Assembly: GCF_001194135.2 (NCBI RefSeq)
Contig: NC_068981.1
Coordinates: 92,559,036-92,623,035, forward strand
DNA length: 64,000 nucleotides
DNA from: Octopus bimaculoides
Lineage: Eukaryota
Direction: 5' to 3'
The number at the start of each line of letters is the position of its first letter. Position 1 is the first letter of the stretch. A program made the position numbers and the translations under genes. Positions 13,880 through 26,826 of this stretch are shown here, piece by piece. The notes under the pieces are model-generated. The model was not told where the DNA came from, searched no databases, and was given only the letters and a program-made list of their open reading frames with translations.

Positions 13880-15034
13880 TATTAATCATCTGATGCGTTG
13901 GACTGCAGCCATATGCAGGGCATCGACTTGAAGGCCCTTTCTCGAAGAAGTTAAACCCAGATATTTACTCTATCGCTCACTTTGCCGAACCGTTAAGTTA
14001 TGACATACACATTGCACCACACATTGTTAAGCAGTTGATCAATCACAAACTCAAAGGCATATATACACGTATATATATATATATATATNNNNNNNNNNNN
14101 NNNNNNNNNNNNNNNNNNNNNNNNNNNNNNNNNNNNNNNNNNNNNNNNNNNNNNNNNNNNNNNNNNNNNNNNNNNNNNNNNNNNNNNNNNNNNNNNNNNN
14201 NNNNNNNNNNNNNNNNNNNNNNNNNNNNNNNNNNNNNNNNNNNNNNNNNNNNNNNNNNNNNNNNNNNNNNNNNNNNNNNNNNNNNNNNNNNNNNNNNNNN
14301 NNNNNNNNNNNNNNNNNNNNNNNNNNNNNNNNNNNNNNNNNNNNNNNNNNNNNNNNNNNNNNNNNNNNNNNNNNNNNNNNNNNNNNNNNNNNNNNNNNNN
14401 NNNNNNNNNNNNNNNNNNNNNNNNNNNNNNNNNNNNNNNNNNNNNNNNNNNNNNNNNNNNNNNNNNNNNNNNNNNNNNNNNNNNNNNNNNNNNNNNNNNN
14501 NNNNNNNNNNNNNNNNNNNNNNNNNNNNNNNNNNNNNNNNNNNNNNNNNNNNNNNNNNNNNNNNNNNNNNNNNNNNNNNNNNNNNNNNNNNNNNNNNNNN
14601 NNNNNNNNNNNNNNNNNNNNNNNNNNNNNNNNNNNNNNNNNNNNNNNNNNNNNNNNNNNNNNNNNNNNNNNNNNNNNNNNNNNNNNNNNNNNNNNNNNNN
14701 NNNNNNNNNNNNNNNNNNNNNNNNNNNNNNNNNNNNNNNNNNNNNNNNNNNNNNNNNNNNNNNNNNNNNNNNNNNNNNNNNNNNNNNNNNNNNNNNNNNN
14801 NNNNNNNNNNNNNNNNNNNNNNNNNNNNNNNNNNNNNNNNNNNNNNNNNNNNNNNNNNNNNNNNNNNNNNNNNNNNNNNNNNNNNNNNNNNNNNNNNNNN
14901 NNNNNNNNNNNNNNNNNNNNNNNNNNNNNNNNNNNNNNNNNNNNNNNNNNNNNNNNNNNNNNNNNNNNNNNNNNNNNNNNNNNNNNNNNNNNNNNNNNNN
15001 NNNNNNNNNNNNNNNNNNNNNNNNNNNNNNNNNN

Positions 15035-15067
<33 letters not shown>

Positions 15068-15290
15068 CACACATGTAATTATGTGTTTCCCTATGAGTCT
15101 GTGTGTGTGTGTGTGTGTGTGTATACATATACAAAGGGAATCTTTTCGGTTTACCTCTACTAAATCCACTCACAAGATTTTGGTCAGTCTGAAGTTATAA
15201 AAGAAGCAACTTACCCAAGTAGCCACTTGGTGGGACTGAACACGCAATCATGTAACTGAAAAATAAACTTCTTAAAACACAGCCATGCAA
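13880..15290 (-). mobile_element. SINE family B split by its internal microsatellite and a gap
   Basis: 3' half at 13880-14040 (rc of ACTTAACGGTTCGGCAAAGTGAGCGATAGAG). 5' half at about 15135-15290 (AAATCCACTCACAAG..GGTGGGACTGAAC). (TA)n, N-gap and (TG)n lie between them. Confidence 0.75.
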
Positions 15291-16669
15291 ATATTTATTC
15301 TTCAATATTTTATAGGACGCTCATTAATAATATTTACATGACAACACGTTAATGTACATATTGGGATTTTAATCATATTATTTCTACAAAAAACAAACAA
15401 TGTAACTTACGTAAACAAACTAGATTACGATTTATTTATTACAAATACATATTTCTATTCCTAGACAATAACGAAAATGAAAGACGAATTGTGTATGCCT
15501 AATCATAGTAAATTGTTAGCTACTGTAATGTAATATAAAAGCCATGCTTTTTACTTAATTGGGTATATGTATTTTCGCATTTCTTCTAGAAAATCTAAAA
15601 GTATTCACAATGAAATTAAGATTTTATATAAACATCCAAGAATGCCTTATATTGATTATCGTTATATAACATTAGTCAATACAAAGTCTATTGATTAAAT
15701 GCATTTGTGAACTTCATTATCATTACTTCTCCGTAGGTATAATCTATAATTTCATCTACTGAAATTGGATGGATTCCTTTCGAATTCGAGAAACAAATGT
15801 AAAAACCACTGAAAGCCAAATGTATTTTATACAAGAAGTATGACATCATACAGTCTTTGCAAAGATTATCTTCCTTATGAGCTGCAAACAACTGATGTTT
15901 AAAGAAATATATCGTTAACCGTCGTAAGTATATTAAATTATGTGTTATTTGTATTACGTGTGAAATTTTAAACATTGTCTTGAATCATAACCGTCAGCTT
16001 AAATTCTGAAATTGGGAGTTCTAGGAGTACGAGTTATGTCTACATTGCTATAAAGAAAGTAAACTTCCTAAAACAATTTTGAGGCTCATAATTCTAAACA
16101 ATTAATTTCATTAGAAACGTTGACACAGATATCATTGAGGAAGTCAATTAACTAATATATCCCAGTATTTGCCTATATATTCGCAAAGCTTATATACATT
16201 TATTCTCTCTTATTTGCTTCCCCAAATACCGCACTAAATGAATCAGTGATGAATGCATGATAGAAAGAATGGAAGAAATGGGCCTGTTCCGACACCTTAT
16301 GGACCAAATACTAACCTTATTGCAGATGCTCGCTGTTGTCTATTCCGGGGTCCAAGCAGAATTTCTAACTTATAGCCCAACTGTGTTATCATAAATCAGT
16401 TAGTGATATGTGTAACACAGAACAATTGAGTGTTACGCATCTCCTGGTTCACATATGAAGGAATATGCAATGAACAAGGATAGATGTATATCACATCTAA
16501 AATATACCGATTTTGTTGATCTAATACAAAACTATATTGCTGTTGCTTTGTTGCGGGATTTCCAATGTATGTAAATTATGGCGATAATAGTAGATAATAC
16601 ATTATGCACTAAGAAACGTAATTCATTTTCTTATAATGAAAATGAGAGGAAACGAATTATATATATATA

Positions 16670-16726
<57 letters not shown>

Positions 16727-16830
16727 GCGTGTGCGTGTGCGTGTGCCTGTGCGTGTGCGTGTGTGTGTGTGTGTGTGAGAGTATGTGTGTGTATACATAT
16801 ATACATGTGTGTGTATGTGTAATGCGTGTG

Positions 16831-18113
16831 TGTGAGGTGAGTCAAGGAAGCCATTATTTTTTGTCGCGGATTGACACAGTTGTGTTCTGGCAACTGTAAC
16901 TAATCAGAGCTGGTCGTGCACCTATAAAAGTAGCAGCCATCAACCCAGCAGAAGTGTGCCTTTTAGCACTCAGTCATCAGAAGACCTCGACGCCACAACC
17001 ATGAGCCAAGAGATCTCTATAACAGTCCGCAAACAGATTTCCACAACCGACTGCGGGCAGATCTTGACATTTCACACCAGCCTTCGTACCAACAGCTATT
17101 GCCTGTTTCTATTTCTTACATCTTTTGCACGGCGACGTTTCATGCCTGCCCTGCTGCTGAACGATGGAGCGAGTACCGCCCTATGCTATTCCTGTGCATT
17201 TAGCCTGCGTTCAAGGCGGATGTCGGATACTCCCCAGCCGAACTGCTGTATGGTGCTCCATTGTCTTTACTGTGGCAGATCCTCACCCCGGTTGACCTGT
17301 CTCTTCAGGATCCAGCACTTTACCTGAACCGCCTTCGTTCATATTTTCAGGACCTACCACCAATGAGCACTCGAGATCAAACTGTAAAACCTGCGGCCCC
17401 GAGGAACGTTGCCTCGTGGACCGACGTTTTTGTCAGAAATGACGCCGCGAGATGTTCTCTCACCACTCCTTACGCAGGACCTTCTCGCGTACTGGCACAC
17501 ACCAACAAACATTTCACAAGTGACCATAATGATTGTAGAGACACTGTCTCTGTCGATAGAATGAAGATAACCTACACGGATGCTGATACCCCAGCGACAC
17601 ATACACCCTCCACACATATCTCGCCACACACACACATATACCCTCTACACATATGGCTTCACAAACAACTCCCCCACCTTTACCACGATACGTTACGGCA
17701 ACTCCCATTGGCCCGAAAGACTTTGTGAAGATTTTTGTAAATGAAAGTGCCCTGAGTGTCTTTAACAGTATTTTTGCATGCTTGCTTTTGCTTAATATAT
17801 TCATTTTTCTTTTCTTGCATTGGTGTGAATATACTGCTTGCATTTGATATTTCTTTTTATTGATCGTATCGACTTATAATGTGACGTGGGGTCAGGTAGT
17901 GAGAAAAGGAAGCCATTATTGTCGCGAATTGGCACAGTTGTGTTTTAGCCAATCAGAGCTGGCCGTGTACCTATAAAAGTAGCAGCCACAACCGTCAGCG
18001 AACAGATCCCCATGATTGTCAGCAGACAGATTTCCACAACCGACAGCGGACTGATCTTGACATTTCACACTTGCCTTCATGCCACCAGCTATTGCCTGTT
18101 TGTATTTCTTACA
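16831..18113 (+). mobile_element. Gypsy-type LTR retroelement, internally deleted (LTR - integrase C-terminus - LTR)
   Basis: Direct repeats 16831-17120 and 17880-18113, both TGTGA...TTTCTTACA. The interior encodes only KADVGYSPAELLYGAPL..VFVRNDAARCSLTTPYAGPSRVL..DTVSVDRMK (GPY/F module) and ..HWPERL. Confidence 0.88.
17949..17978 (+). promoter_or_regulatory. LTR promoter: CCAAT box plus TATAAAA
   Basis: CCAAT at 17949-53 and TATAAAA at 17972-78 in the 3' LTR. The 5' LTR has CTAAT (16900-04) and TATAAAA (16923-29) at equivalent positions. Confidence 0.55.
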
Positions 18114-18353
18114 CCCTTAGTACCGCAAACATCTAACTAATTTTTACATTTGTAAGTTTCAAGGCTTCCCTCTGACTCCTACATATATTCGCTCATTTTG
18201 CTCAGCAACTGTCAAAAATCCAAATGAAATTACTATGCTCTATTAAAAAACATGCCTTCTAACATATATTTCTACATACACTTCATTCCACGTTATATTG
18301 TGACATTGTCAACTTCGAACACGTTATATCCAACATCGTTGTATTTGTATATA

Positions 18354-19561
18354 CACAGATGTGACAGAAATGAATAAACAGCCCATAAAATATCGCTTTA
18401 TGTTTATTCTTGTAAAAGTTTGTATTTTTTATTAAGTAACATTTTTGGTTCAGGTTCTATATGTGACTGTTTAACCATGCCATGTACAAAAGAAGCCTCG
18501 GAAATGTTTGAATTTCAAAACGGCCGTACTGTGGGTTGTTCCGAAAGTGAAAATAGTCAGCGTAAAATCGCAGACAATCTTGGGATCCCCCTTTTTACAG
18601 TCAATAGAGGTATTGTGCAATTCACCAGAGAGGAGAAGGAGTCCGCAGCACTTCTCCCAAACCAGCCAGGGCCTTCTGACAGAACCCGTCTCTTTGTAAA
18701 GAGAAGTGTGGAGGATAATCTTCGTTGCAAGGCCTGTGACGTAGCAGAATAAGTTGATGTCAGTCCCAGAACAGCTGTCAGATGTTTCCACAAACTTGGT
18801 TACTATGGCAGAGCAGCAAGAAACAAGCCGTTTCTTCGACCAGCCAACATCAAGTGAAGAAAAGATTGGGCCAGTGAGATGTTGGAGAGGCCACTAACAT
18901 TTTGGAACACTGTCATATTCTCTGATGAGACCAGATTTACAGTATTTCCTCACAGTGTTCGAGTGTGGGTCTGGAGACATTCAGCTCAAGAATTTGATGT
19001 CAAAAATTGTAGCCAACAATGAAACACAGCAACTATTCTGTGATGGTCTGGGGAGCAATTTGGAGCAATAGTTGATCACAGCTGGTAAAGTGTGAGGGAA
19101 AGATAAACTCAGATAAATATATGTCCTTCCAATCTTCTACAGTGGCGAAATGATTAAAGAAGACTCTTTATCTATGGAAGATGGGGCTCTTTGTCACACG
19201 GCTAAAATGACCCAAGGTTTGTTGGATACAATTGGCATTAAAAAGCTTCCATGGCCAAGTCAGTCAGCACATATGAACGCTATTGAACACCTCTGAGAGC
19301 TAATGGACAGCACACTTCATAAAAAGAACAAGAAATCATCTTCATATTGAGATTACTGCATGAAATTCCGCAAGAAAATATTCGTCATCTGGTCATCAAC
19401 AGTCCTAATAAGGTCCTTGCATTGCAAAATGCAAAGGGCATATCTACTAAATATTAAATATTCACATTATAACAATAAATAAATAATTTGAATGAATAAT
19501 TTCAGATTGAAATACATTTTAATGATTATAAAGTTGCCTTTTTACTTCTGTCATTTCTGTG
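18354..19561 (+). mobile_element. Tc1-family DNA transposon (DD34E), full length but decayed
   Basis: Imperfect TIRs CACAGATGTGACAGAAATG / TACTTCTGTCATTTCTGTG with flanking TA. Transposase runs from ATG 18477 with stops and frameshifts: VIFSDETRF, MEDGALCH...WPSQSAHMNAIEHL, with 34 residues between D and E. Confidence 0.93.
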
Positions 19562-20339
19562 TATGTATATAAATATATATATATACATACATATATNNNN
19601 NNNNNNNNNNNNNNNNNNNNNNNNNNNNNNNNNNNNNNNNNNNNNNNNNNNNNNNNNNNNNNNNNNNNNNNNNNNNNNNNNNNNNNNNNNNNNNNNNNNN
19701 NNNNNNNNNNNNNNNNNNNNNNNNNNNNNNNNNNNNNNNNNNNNNNNNNNNNNNNNNNNNNNNNNNNNNNNNNNNNNNNNNNNNNNNNNNNNNNNNNNNN
19801 NNNNNNNNNNNNNNNNNNNNNNNNNNNNNNNNNNNNNNNNNNNNNNNNNNNNNNNNNNNNNNNNNNNNNNNNNNNNNNNNNNNNNNNNNNNNNNNNNNNN
19901 NNNNNNNNNNNNNNNNNNNNNNNNNNNNNNNNNNNNNNNNNNNNNNNNNNNNNNNNNNNNNNNNNNNNNNNNNNNNNNNNNNNNNNNNNNNNNNNNNNNN
20001 NNNNNNNNNNNNNNNNNNNNNNNNNNNNNNNNNNNNNNNNNNNNNNNNNNNNNNNNNNNNNNNNNNNNNNNNNNNNNNNNNNNNNNNNNNNNNNNNNNNN
20101 NNNNNNNNNNNNNNNNNNNNNNNNNNNNNNNNNNNNNNNNNNNNNNNNNNNNNNNNNNNNNNNNNNNNNNNNNNNNNNNNNNNNNNNNNNNNNNNNTATA
20201 TATATATATATATATATCTTTGCACTTTCATATTGTAAAATCTTCAAAATAATCGGTTTTTTGTGAAATAGAGTTCTTCTAAATTCACAGTAGGAAGATG
20301 TTTATGTTTGTAGGAGGAATCGCTAGTAATATGGCATGA

Positions 20340-20400
20340 CTGCCAAGGGAGCCTCAGACCGTAAAACGTTTCGGAACCAACCGGTGTTCTAGGCTATGAA
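20340..20400 (+). mobile_element. Possible hAT 3' terminal remnant
   Basis: GGGAGCCTCAGACCGTAAAACGTTTCGGAACCA resembles Charlie-like ends (AAAAAGGTTGGGAACCACTG). No partner end is seen. Confidence 0.25.
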
Positions 20401-21266
20401 TGACAGTCAACTTTTATATGGGAGGGAGAGAGTGATAAAGTAGAGAAAGTGAGGGAAACAGATAGTGACTAGTGGAAACAAAGTCTGCAAAATATCACCT
20501 ATTTTACGTTTCATTTCCTTTTATTTCTATGAGCAATTCTGGAATTGTGTATTTTATTTTTCGAAGCAGTGTTCAGTAGGAAGCGTCACATTATCAATCG
20601 AACATACACTTGCTAAACGTAATGGAAATTAGATTTACTCTATCTTCTAATAATTTCCCAATGTGTAAATTGTTGGAAAAAATCGTAAACATTATAAATT
20701 TATCACTTTAATTCCTTACATCAACACGATATGAACGCTACTGCTGAAACAGCACAATTATGTATTTTTGTATGTCATTATATTTTTTAAAGATTTTAAA
20801 TAATGATGTTTACATACAGATTCTATTCTCTATTATTTATGATTATAATCTCCGACAAACAACAGATTCATTCGTTTATTGAATTTAAATTAAGTGTTAA
20901 CAATCAACTAGTGAGCAAAATATTTCATATTAACTACACGGAATTTCATATCATATACTTCAATGGTTGAATAATCATATGAATTCTTCAGACTTTCATT
21001 AAAAACTAATATTTGGCAAATTAGCTTTAAATATATATCTGGTAAATGGAAATCTAGTAATATTCTAACAAAACAATAACATAATAATTTCAGTATATTG
21101 CGTTTATACAAACTGAAATTCTTGATTTATTTTGCTTGAGTATCATATAGTCACCTCAAAATTTATTGCAAAATTTTGTTACATATTGCAATACGATGTA
21201 AACTATTATATTTTGCTAATATTATTGATTTAGAGTAAAACAGTTTTCATTATCTTATTTAAAAAA

Positions 21267-21475
21267 TGGATGGGGAGCTAGCTGAAAGGTTAGCACGCCG
21301 GAGAAAATGTTTAGCTGCATCCAGTCCGTCTTTACGTTCTGAGTTCAAGTGCTTCCAAGATCAACTTTGCCTATTGTTCTTTCGGGGTCGATAAAAATTA
21401 CCAGACTGCGAACTGGGGTCGACGGAATTGACTCGCCCCACGTCCACAAAATTTCAAAGATTCCGTTTGTAACAG
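21267..21475 (+). mobile_element. SINE family A
   Basis: GGGGAGCTAGCTGAAAGGTTAGCACGCCGG..TTACGTTCTGAGTTCAA..TTTCGGGGTCGATAAA..ACTGGGGTCGAC. Confidence 0.85.
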
Positions 21476-21559
21476 AAAATATTTTATAGAAAAAAAGTGT
21501 GGTAAACAAGCAGGACAAAATTCTTAGCAGCATTTCATCCAACTTTTTTTTCTGTGTAC

Positions 21560-21690
21560 AAATTCAGCCGAGATTGATTTTCTTTCCATCTACTTCAGGG
21601 CGACAACTACTAGCCGAGCACTGGGTCGATGTAATCCACCTACCCATTCCTCTAAATTTCAAATTTTGCGCCTGTCGCAGAAGAAGAATT
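21560..21690 (+). mobile_element. SINE family A, 5'-truncated
   Basis: AAATTCAGCCGAGATTGA..GCACTGGGTCGATGTAATC..CCTCTAAATTTCAAATTTTGCGCC. Confidence 0.65.
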
Positions 21691-22806
21691 GCTTTAGAGA
21701 AAACAGTATAAACATTTAGAAAACAAATTTCATTGAATATTATATTGTCTCCATAACTCTTAGTAAGCCAGTGCATCACTTTGTTTTTCTACCTACTTAC
21801 CGTTCTATATCTTACTATTTAGCGGTGTGTTCCCTTTTAAAGTTTTATTTATTGTAGGATTTGTCGCTTTTTCTTTTTCTGTTTGGAATATTCGTTTATG
21901 ATTCGTTTAGCTTTGCATTGAAGAGATACTATAATTGGAATATTGTAAGCGTTTACGGATCACGAAACGCCAATAGAAAAATAAAGTTTTACAAATTTCA
22001 ATTTATTAAATAAGATCAATTGCACATGTTGCTGAACATTGTACGTCACTGGATAATCACGGTACAACCTCTGTACATGTAAGAGTCAATTCATGTTATT
22101 GTTAGAGACTACATTCCGAATTTGATCACACTCATTTCTCGCCTCTGGTCGAATCTACCAAACTGGTAACAGACATATTTCAAATATATATGCAACCATG
22201 ACATGTAGATGTTTTTACTCACACCAGATTCTTATTGCTTAAGCCAGGTGTTTTGTTAGTTTAGGTAATGATATACAATATTTTTCACATATGTCTATCA
22301 CTCACTCAGATAAATGCACATTTACAAGTATTCACCAACAATTATGCACAGTTGTTTCCCAGTAGATTTCCTTGAGAACATTTATGTATATTCATGGTAT
22401 TGTTTTCATTAGAGATGTATTTCACTCTGCTAGCAACACGTATTTCTTCACATTTTAACTTGTGGCGTTTTTCTGTGTCTTACTATCGTAGACACGTTTC
22501 TATCGACATCGATTTATTCATGCAAAAAATAATCTTTAGTGATGTTACTCAATTTATGTAATAGGAGCATCATCCTACCTATTACAAGCCACATATACAA
22601 ACACAGACACACACACACAAACATTCGTTATGATGTACAAGTATAAAAACACCGAAGCTGCTTTACTCGAGGCAAAAACTGTAGGAGCTAGCTCTACAGT
22701 ATCATCATGTTGGAAACGTTTCTGTATCATCAGTAGGTTCTCAGGGCCAAAATCATTTCACTCTTTGGCATGTACGCTTTGATTCTTTGATTAAGCGAGT
22801 ATACTA

Positions 22807-22920
22807 TTAGTTCTCGCTTTCAGTAGAGTTCCGCCTCCGATCTTTTATGAACGATAGCCAACTGTGGCTGTTTTCAGCCGTCATTCCTATCTCGTGGAGG
22901 GCATGTTTCAATTCAATCGT
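22807..22920 (-). CDS. Candidate terminal coding exon TIELKHALHEIGMTAENSHSWLSFIKDRRRNSTESEN*
   Basis: Strong acceptor GTGCTTTATTTCTTGCAG|. Only phase 0 is open, the composition is protein-like, and AATAAA (minus) lies about 290 nt downstream near 22516-22521. Confidence 0.38.
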   Translation of the reverse strand, partial: TIELKHALHEIGMTAENSHSWLSFIKDRRRNSTESEN

Positions 22921-23774
22921 CTGCAAGAAATAAAGCACCTACCTAGTTGGATAGCCTTTGCATCATGTCATCTCTTCACAAGGACCTTATCGACCAAGAC
23001 CTACTATTTTCTTTTCTATGGTTATGTATATTTGTATCAAGACATTTCTCAGTGTCAACCGATATTGAAAACAAAACTAGATTAATATCGGACAATAACA
23101 AAGTTTTATTTTGCTTTCGTCCAACTACGTTGTTTTCATCTCTTATTTCAAATACATGGTTACTAAGAAATATGAATGCTACTTAGCTGTATTTCATCTC
23201 AGAAAATGTAAAAGAAATGATATCTAACATTTTCTCTTAGTCTTGATATTTCCTCTATGAATAGATAATTACTAAAACCTTATATATCACAATCAGTATA
23301 ATCAACTATAATATTACTATTACTTTATACTTGCCTTTGAAGTAATGATACAGTTACTTTTATCTTACACAATGTGTGATGTTTATATACATGAAAATTA
23401 TTGTAATTTTATTTAATGACTGCTTTCCATTTTCATTTGAAGTTCTTTTGTAGGACCTGGTACTATTTCCTATTAAAAATAAAAAAAGTGTATTAACTTA
23501 CATTCATATTAAAGATATAAAGCGATTAACGGTTCATAGAATGTTCATTTTCTAATTATTCAATATCTTAAGTATAGGTGAATATTTGATTAAACTTGAA
23601 TTGTCCATAGTCTTTCTTTTTAAAGTTACCAATAATATTTACAATCTTGACTATTCAGAAACGAAATTTTAAGTTTAGGAACAGTTTATAGACAATGTAA
23701 CAAATATGCATTATTGAAAAATGGAAAGGAATGTGTTTGAAATTGAATATATCCATTACAATCATATATAAATA

Positions 23775-24300
23775 TATGCAATATCGGTGGGTCATTTGCA
23801 ATTTACAACCTAAAGGTGGAAATATACACTTAAATATACACTTCACTTAAATGGCAAAGGTTACTGACGAGCACCAGTATTGCTAAAAATAAGAGTCAAA
23901 ATAACTCAATGGCTACGGAATGCACTATCTTAATGACTGACAAGGGAGGCAAGCTCACTGCAGCAGCATACATAGATCATTGATGATTTCGCATTTTAAT
24001 GCTTTCACATCTTACTACTCATTAGTTGCCCTAACCATACCTAGGGTTAAATTCAGCTCTCATTCTCAGTTTATAAGATTTCCGTTGAAATCACACGCTG
24101 ATTTCATAACCGATGAAAATGAAAATGATATATAATATGGGCGGCTTATTGGTAATTTTACAACCTAAATCCAGAAATATAGACGTCATTAAAATGACAA
24201 AGGACACTAACCAGCATCAGTGTTGATAGAAATAAGAGTCAATCCAACTCAATAGCCACGGAAAGCACTATCATAATGATTGACAAGGGAGGCAAGATCC
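23775..24300. repeat. Diverged direct repeat, period about 350 bp
   Basis: 23802-23953 versus 24157-24296: TTTACAACCTAAA..AAATAAGAGTCAA..AACTCAAT..GCACTATC.TAATGA.TGACAAGGGAGGCAAG. Confidence 0.85.
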
Positions 24301-25489
24301 ACATATATATATATATATATATANNNNNNNNNNNNNNNNNNNNNNNNNNNNNNNNNNNNNNNNNNNNNNNNNNNNNNNNNNNNNNNNNNNNNNNNNNNNN
24401 NNNNNNNNNNNNNNNNNNNNNNNNNNNNNNNNNNNNNNNNNNNNNNNNNNNNNNNNNNNNNNNNNNNNNNNNNNNNNNNNNNNNNNNNNNNNNNNNNNNN
24501 NNNNNNNNNNNNNNNNNNNNNNNNNNNNNNNNNNNNNNNNNNNNNNNNNNNNNNNNNNNNNNNNNNNNNNNNNNNNNNNNNNNNNNNNNNNNNNNNNNNN
24601 NNNNNNNNNNNNNNNNNNNNNNNNNNNNNNNNNNNNNNNNNNNNNNNNNNNNNNNNNNNNNNNNNNNNNNNNNNNNNNNNNNNNNNNNNNNNNNNNNNNN
24701 NNNNNNNNNNNNNNNNNNNNNNNNNNNNNNNNNNNNNNNNNNNNNNNNNNNNNNNNNNNNNNNNNNNNNNNNNNNNNNNNNNNNNNNNNNNNNNNNNNNN
24801 NNNNNNNNNNNNNNNNNNNNNNNNNNNNNNNNNNNNNNNNNNNNNNNNNNNNNNNNNNNNNNNNNNNNNNNNNNNNNNNNNNNNNNNNNNNNNNNNNNNN
24901 NNNNNNNNNNNNNNNNNNNNNNNNNNNNNNNNNNNNNNNNNNNNNNNNNNNNNNNNNNNNNNNNNNNNNNNNNNNNNNNNNNNNNNNNNNNNNNNNNNNN
25001 NNNNNNNNNNNNNNNNNNNNNNNNNNNNNNNNNNNNNNNNNNNNNNNNNNNNNNNNNNNNNNNNNNNNNNNNNNNNNNNNNNNNNNNNNNNNNNNNNNNN
25101 NNNNNNNNNNNNNNNNNNNNNNNNNNNNNNNNNNNNNNNNNNNNNNNNNNNNNNNNNNTACTCTGATATAAAACATGCAGTCAACTTAGTACTAGTCATC
25201 TTGCTCTCGCTTGTCACTGGATTATACTATTTTGACCTAGAGAGTGGCAAAGGTGTTGTACAAGCGTTTGTCACTAAAATCCAATGAAGTACAGATGTCC
25301 CCAACAAGACAAAACACTGTCAAATCACAGTCATCTTAGTATGACTCGAGAAAAAATTAGGGAAAAGAAAGAGAGAGAGAGGAGGGGGAAGGATGGATGG
25401 GGGGAAGAAGGAAAAAGGAGTGAGAAGGGCAAGAGAGGAGAGGAAGAAAGAAGAAAGGAGGAGAGAAAAGTCCTGTGGCGATGGAGGAG

Positions 25490-26735
25490 TGGCGACGTAT
25501 GCAGACTTGACCGGTTAGAAGCATACAGTTACAAATCCGCACATAAGGCGGCAGGGTTCTTATCTTAACATCGCTAACATGTCTTCATGGACAGGGGCTG
25601 TTTTCGGTGGAGAATCCTGTGTCTGAGCAGCCCTTTTAAGGAGAACACTGCTCACCTGGATATACTGGGAAGGTGCTAGAAAAGGTGCATTAAAAGTTGT
25701 CTGTTCGCACTCTGCTGGTTAGTTTACTGCGGCTAACGGTGGTTCAATATAGCAGGAACGAACGAAGAAATATAAGCAATAATAAAAAGTATGCGAGGAA
25801 AAAGGTTTTACTTAACTTGGCATGCTGGAATGAGAGAACTCTCTTGGATCGAGCGGATAGGCCTGAAAGAAGAACAGCTCTAGTAACTAAGGAGCTGAGA
25901 CGTCTTAATGTTGATATTGCAGCTCTATCTGAAACAAGATGTTCAGGCGAAGATCATCTTGTTGAAAGAGCAACCGACTTCACAGTGTTCTGGGTTGGGA
26001 GGCCAAATGGAGAGAAAAGGGAGGGTGGTGTTGGGTTTGCAATTAGAAGTAATTTACTGAAAGACCTAGAACAACAACAAAGTATAAATGACCGCATGAT
26101 GAAACTCCGGATCCTTCTCTCTTGTGGACGCTTTGTGACTGTTTTCTCCATCTATGCTCCCACACTCTCAGCAAATGAAGAAAATATCCATGCATTCTAT
26201 GAGGAACTTAGAAGTAGTATCCTCTCAGTCCCTCTGAATGAGAAGTTGGTTGTGCTGGGCGATTTCAATGTACGTGTTGGCAGGGAAATAGTGCTTGGAA
26301 TGCACCTGGGCGGTATGGAATAGGTAAGGTGAACAAAAATGGTTTACACCTGCTACAAATGTGCTCTGAACTAGAGTTGGCTGTTGGGAACACATTTTTT
26401 CACCATAAGCTGAAACATAAAGTCACCTGGATTCATCCAAGATCAAAGCAAGGTCACATGATTGACCTTGTATCACCTCGGAAATCTGACCTACAGGATT
26501 TGTGTAGTCTCAGAGTATTGCGAAGAGCTGATTGTGATACTGATCACAAAATGGTTAGGGCTAAGTTCAAATTCAGGGTTCGTACAAGAATGCGCAGTGC
26601 GGGTGTGCGAGTCCCCCCAAAAATTGATGTAGGACAACTTAAACAGCCACAGGTCTCACAGCTATTTCGGGATAGATGCAGTAATATTTATTTTGAAGGT
26701 TCATGGCAATCTTTTCGAGAAGGATTATATAAGGC
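25490..26735 (+). mobile_element. RTE/BovB-like LINE 5' part (5' UTR plus APE endonuclease), 3'-truncated at (TAGA)n
   Basis: ORFs 25697-26323 and 26329-26742: LACWNERTLLDRADRPERRTALVTKELRRLNVDIAALSETR, GVGFAI, YAPT, LVVLGDFNVRVG, NTFF..TWIHPRSKQGHMID, DCDTDH, the canonical RTE APE motifs. Confidence 0.95.

Positions 26736-26826
<91 letters not shown>
26736..26826. repeat. (TAGA)n microsatellite
   Basis: Direct reading. Other GATA/TCTA-type tracts are at 39662-39810, 53405-53445, 54099-54183 and 57640-57745. Confidence 0.97.

Noticed and set aside
25545-25640. Attempted HDV-like ribozyme fit in the RTE 5' UTR
   Set aside because: A hairpin AGGGGCTG/CAGCCCTT exists, but no consistent P1/P3/L3/J4-2 arrangement could be assigned.
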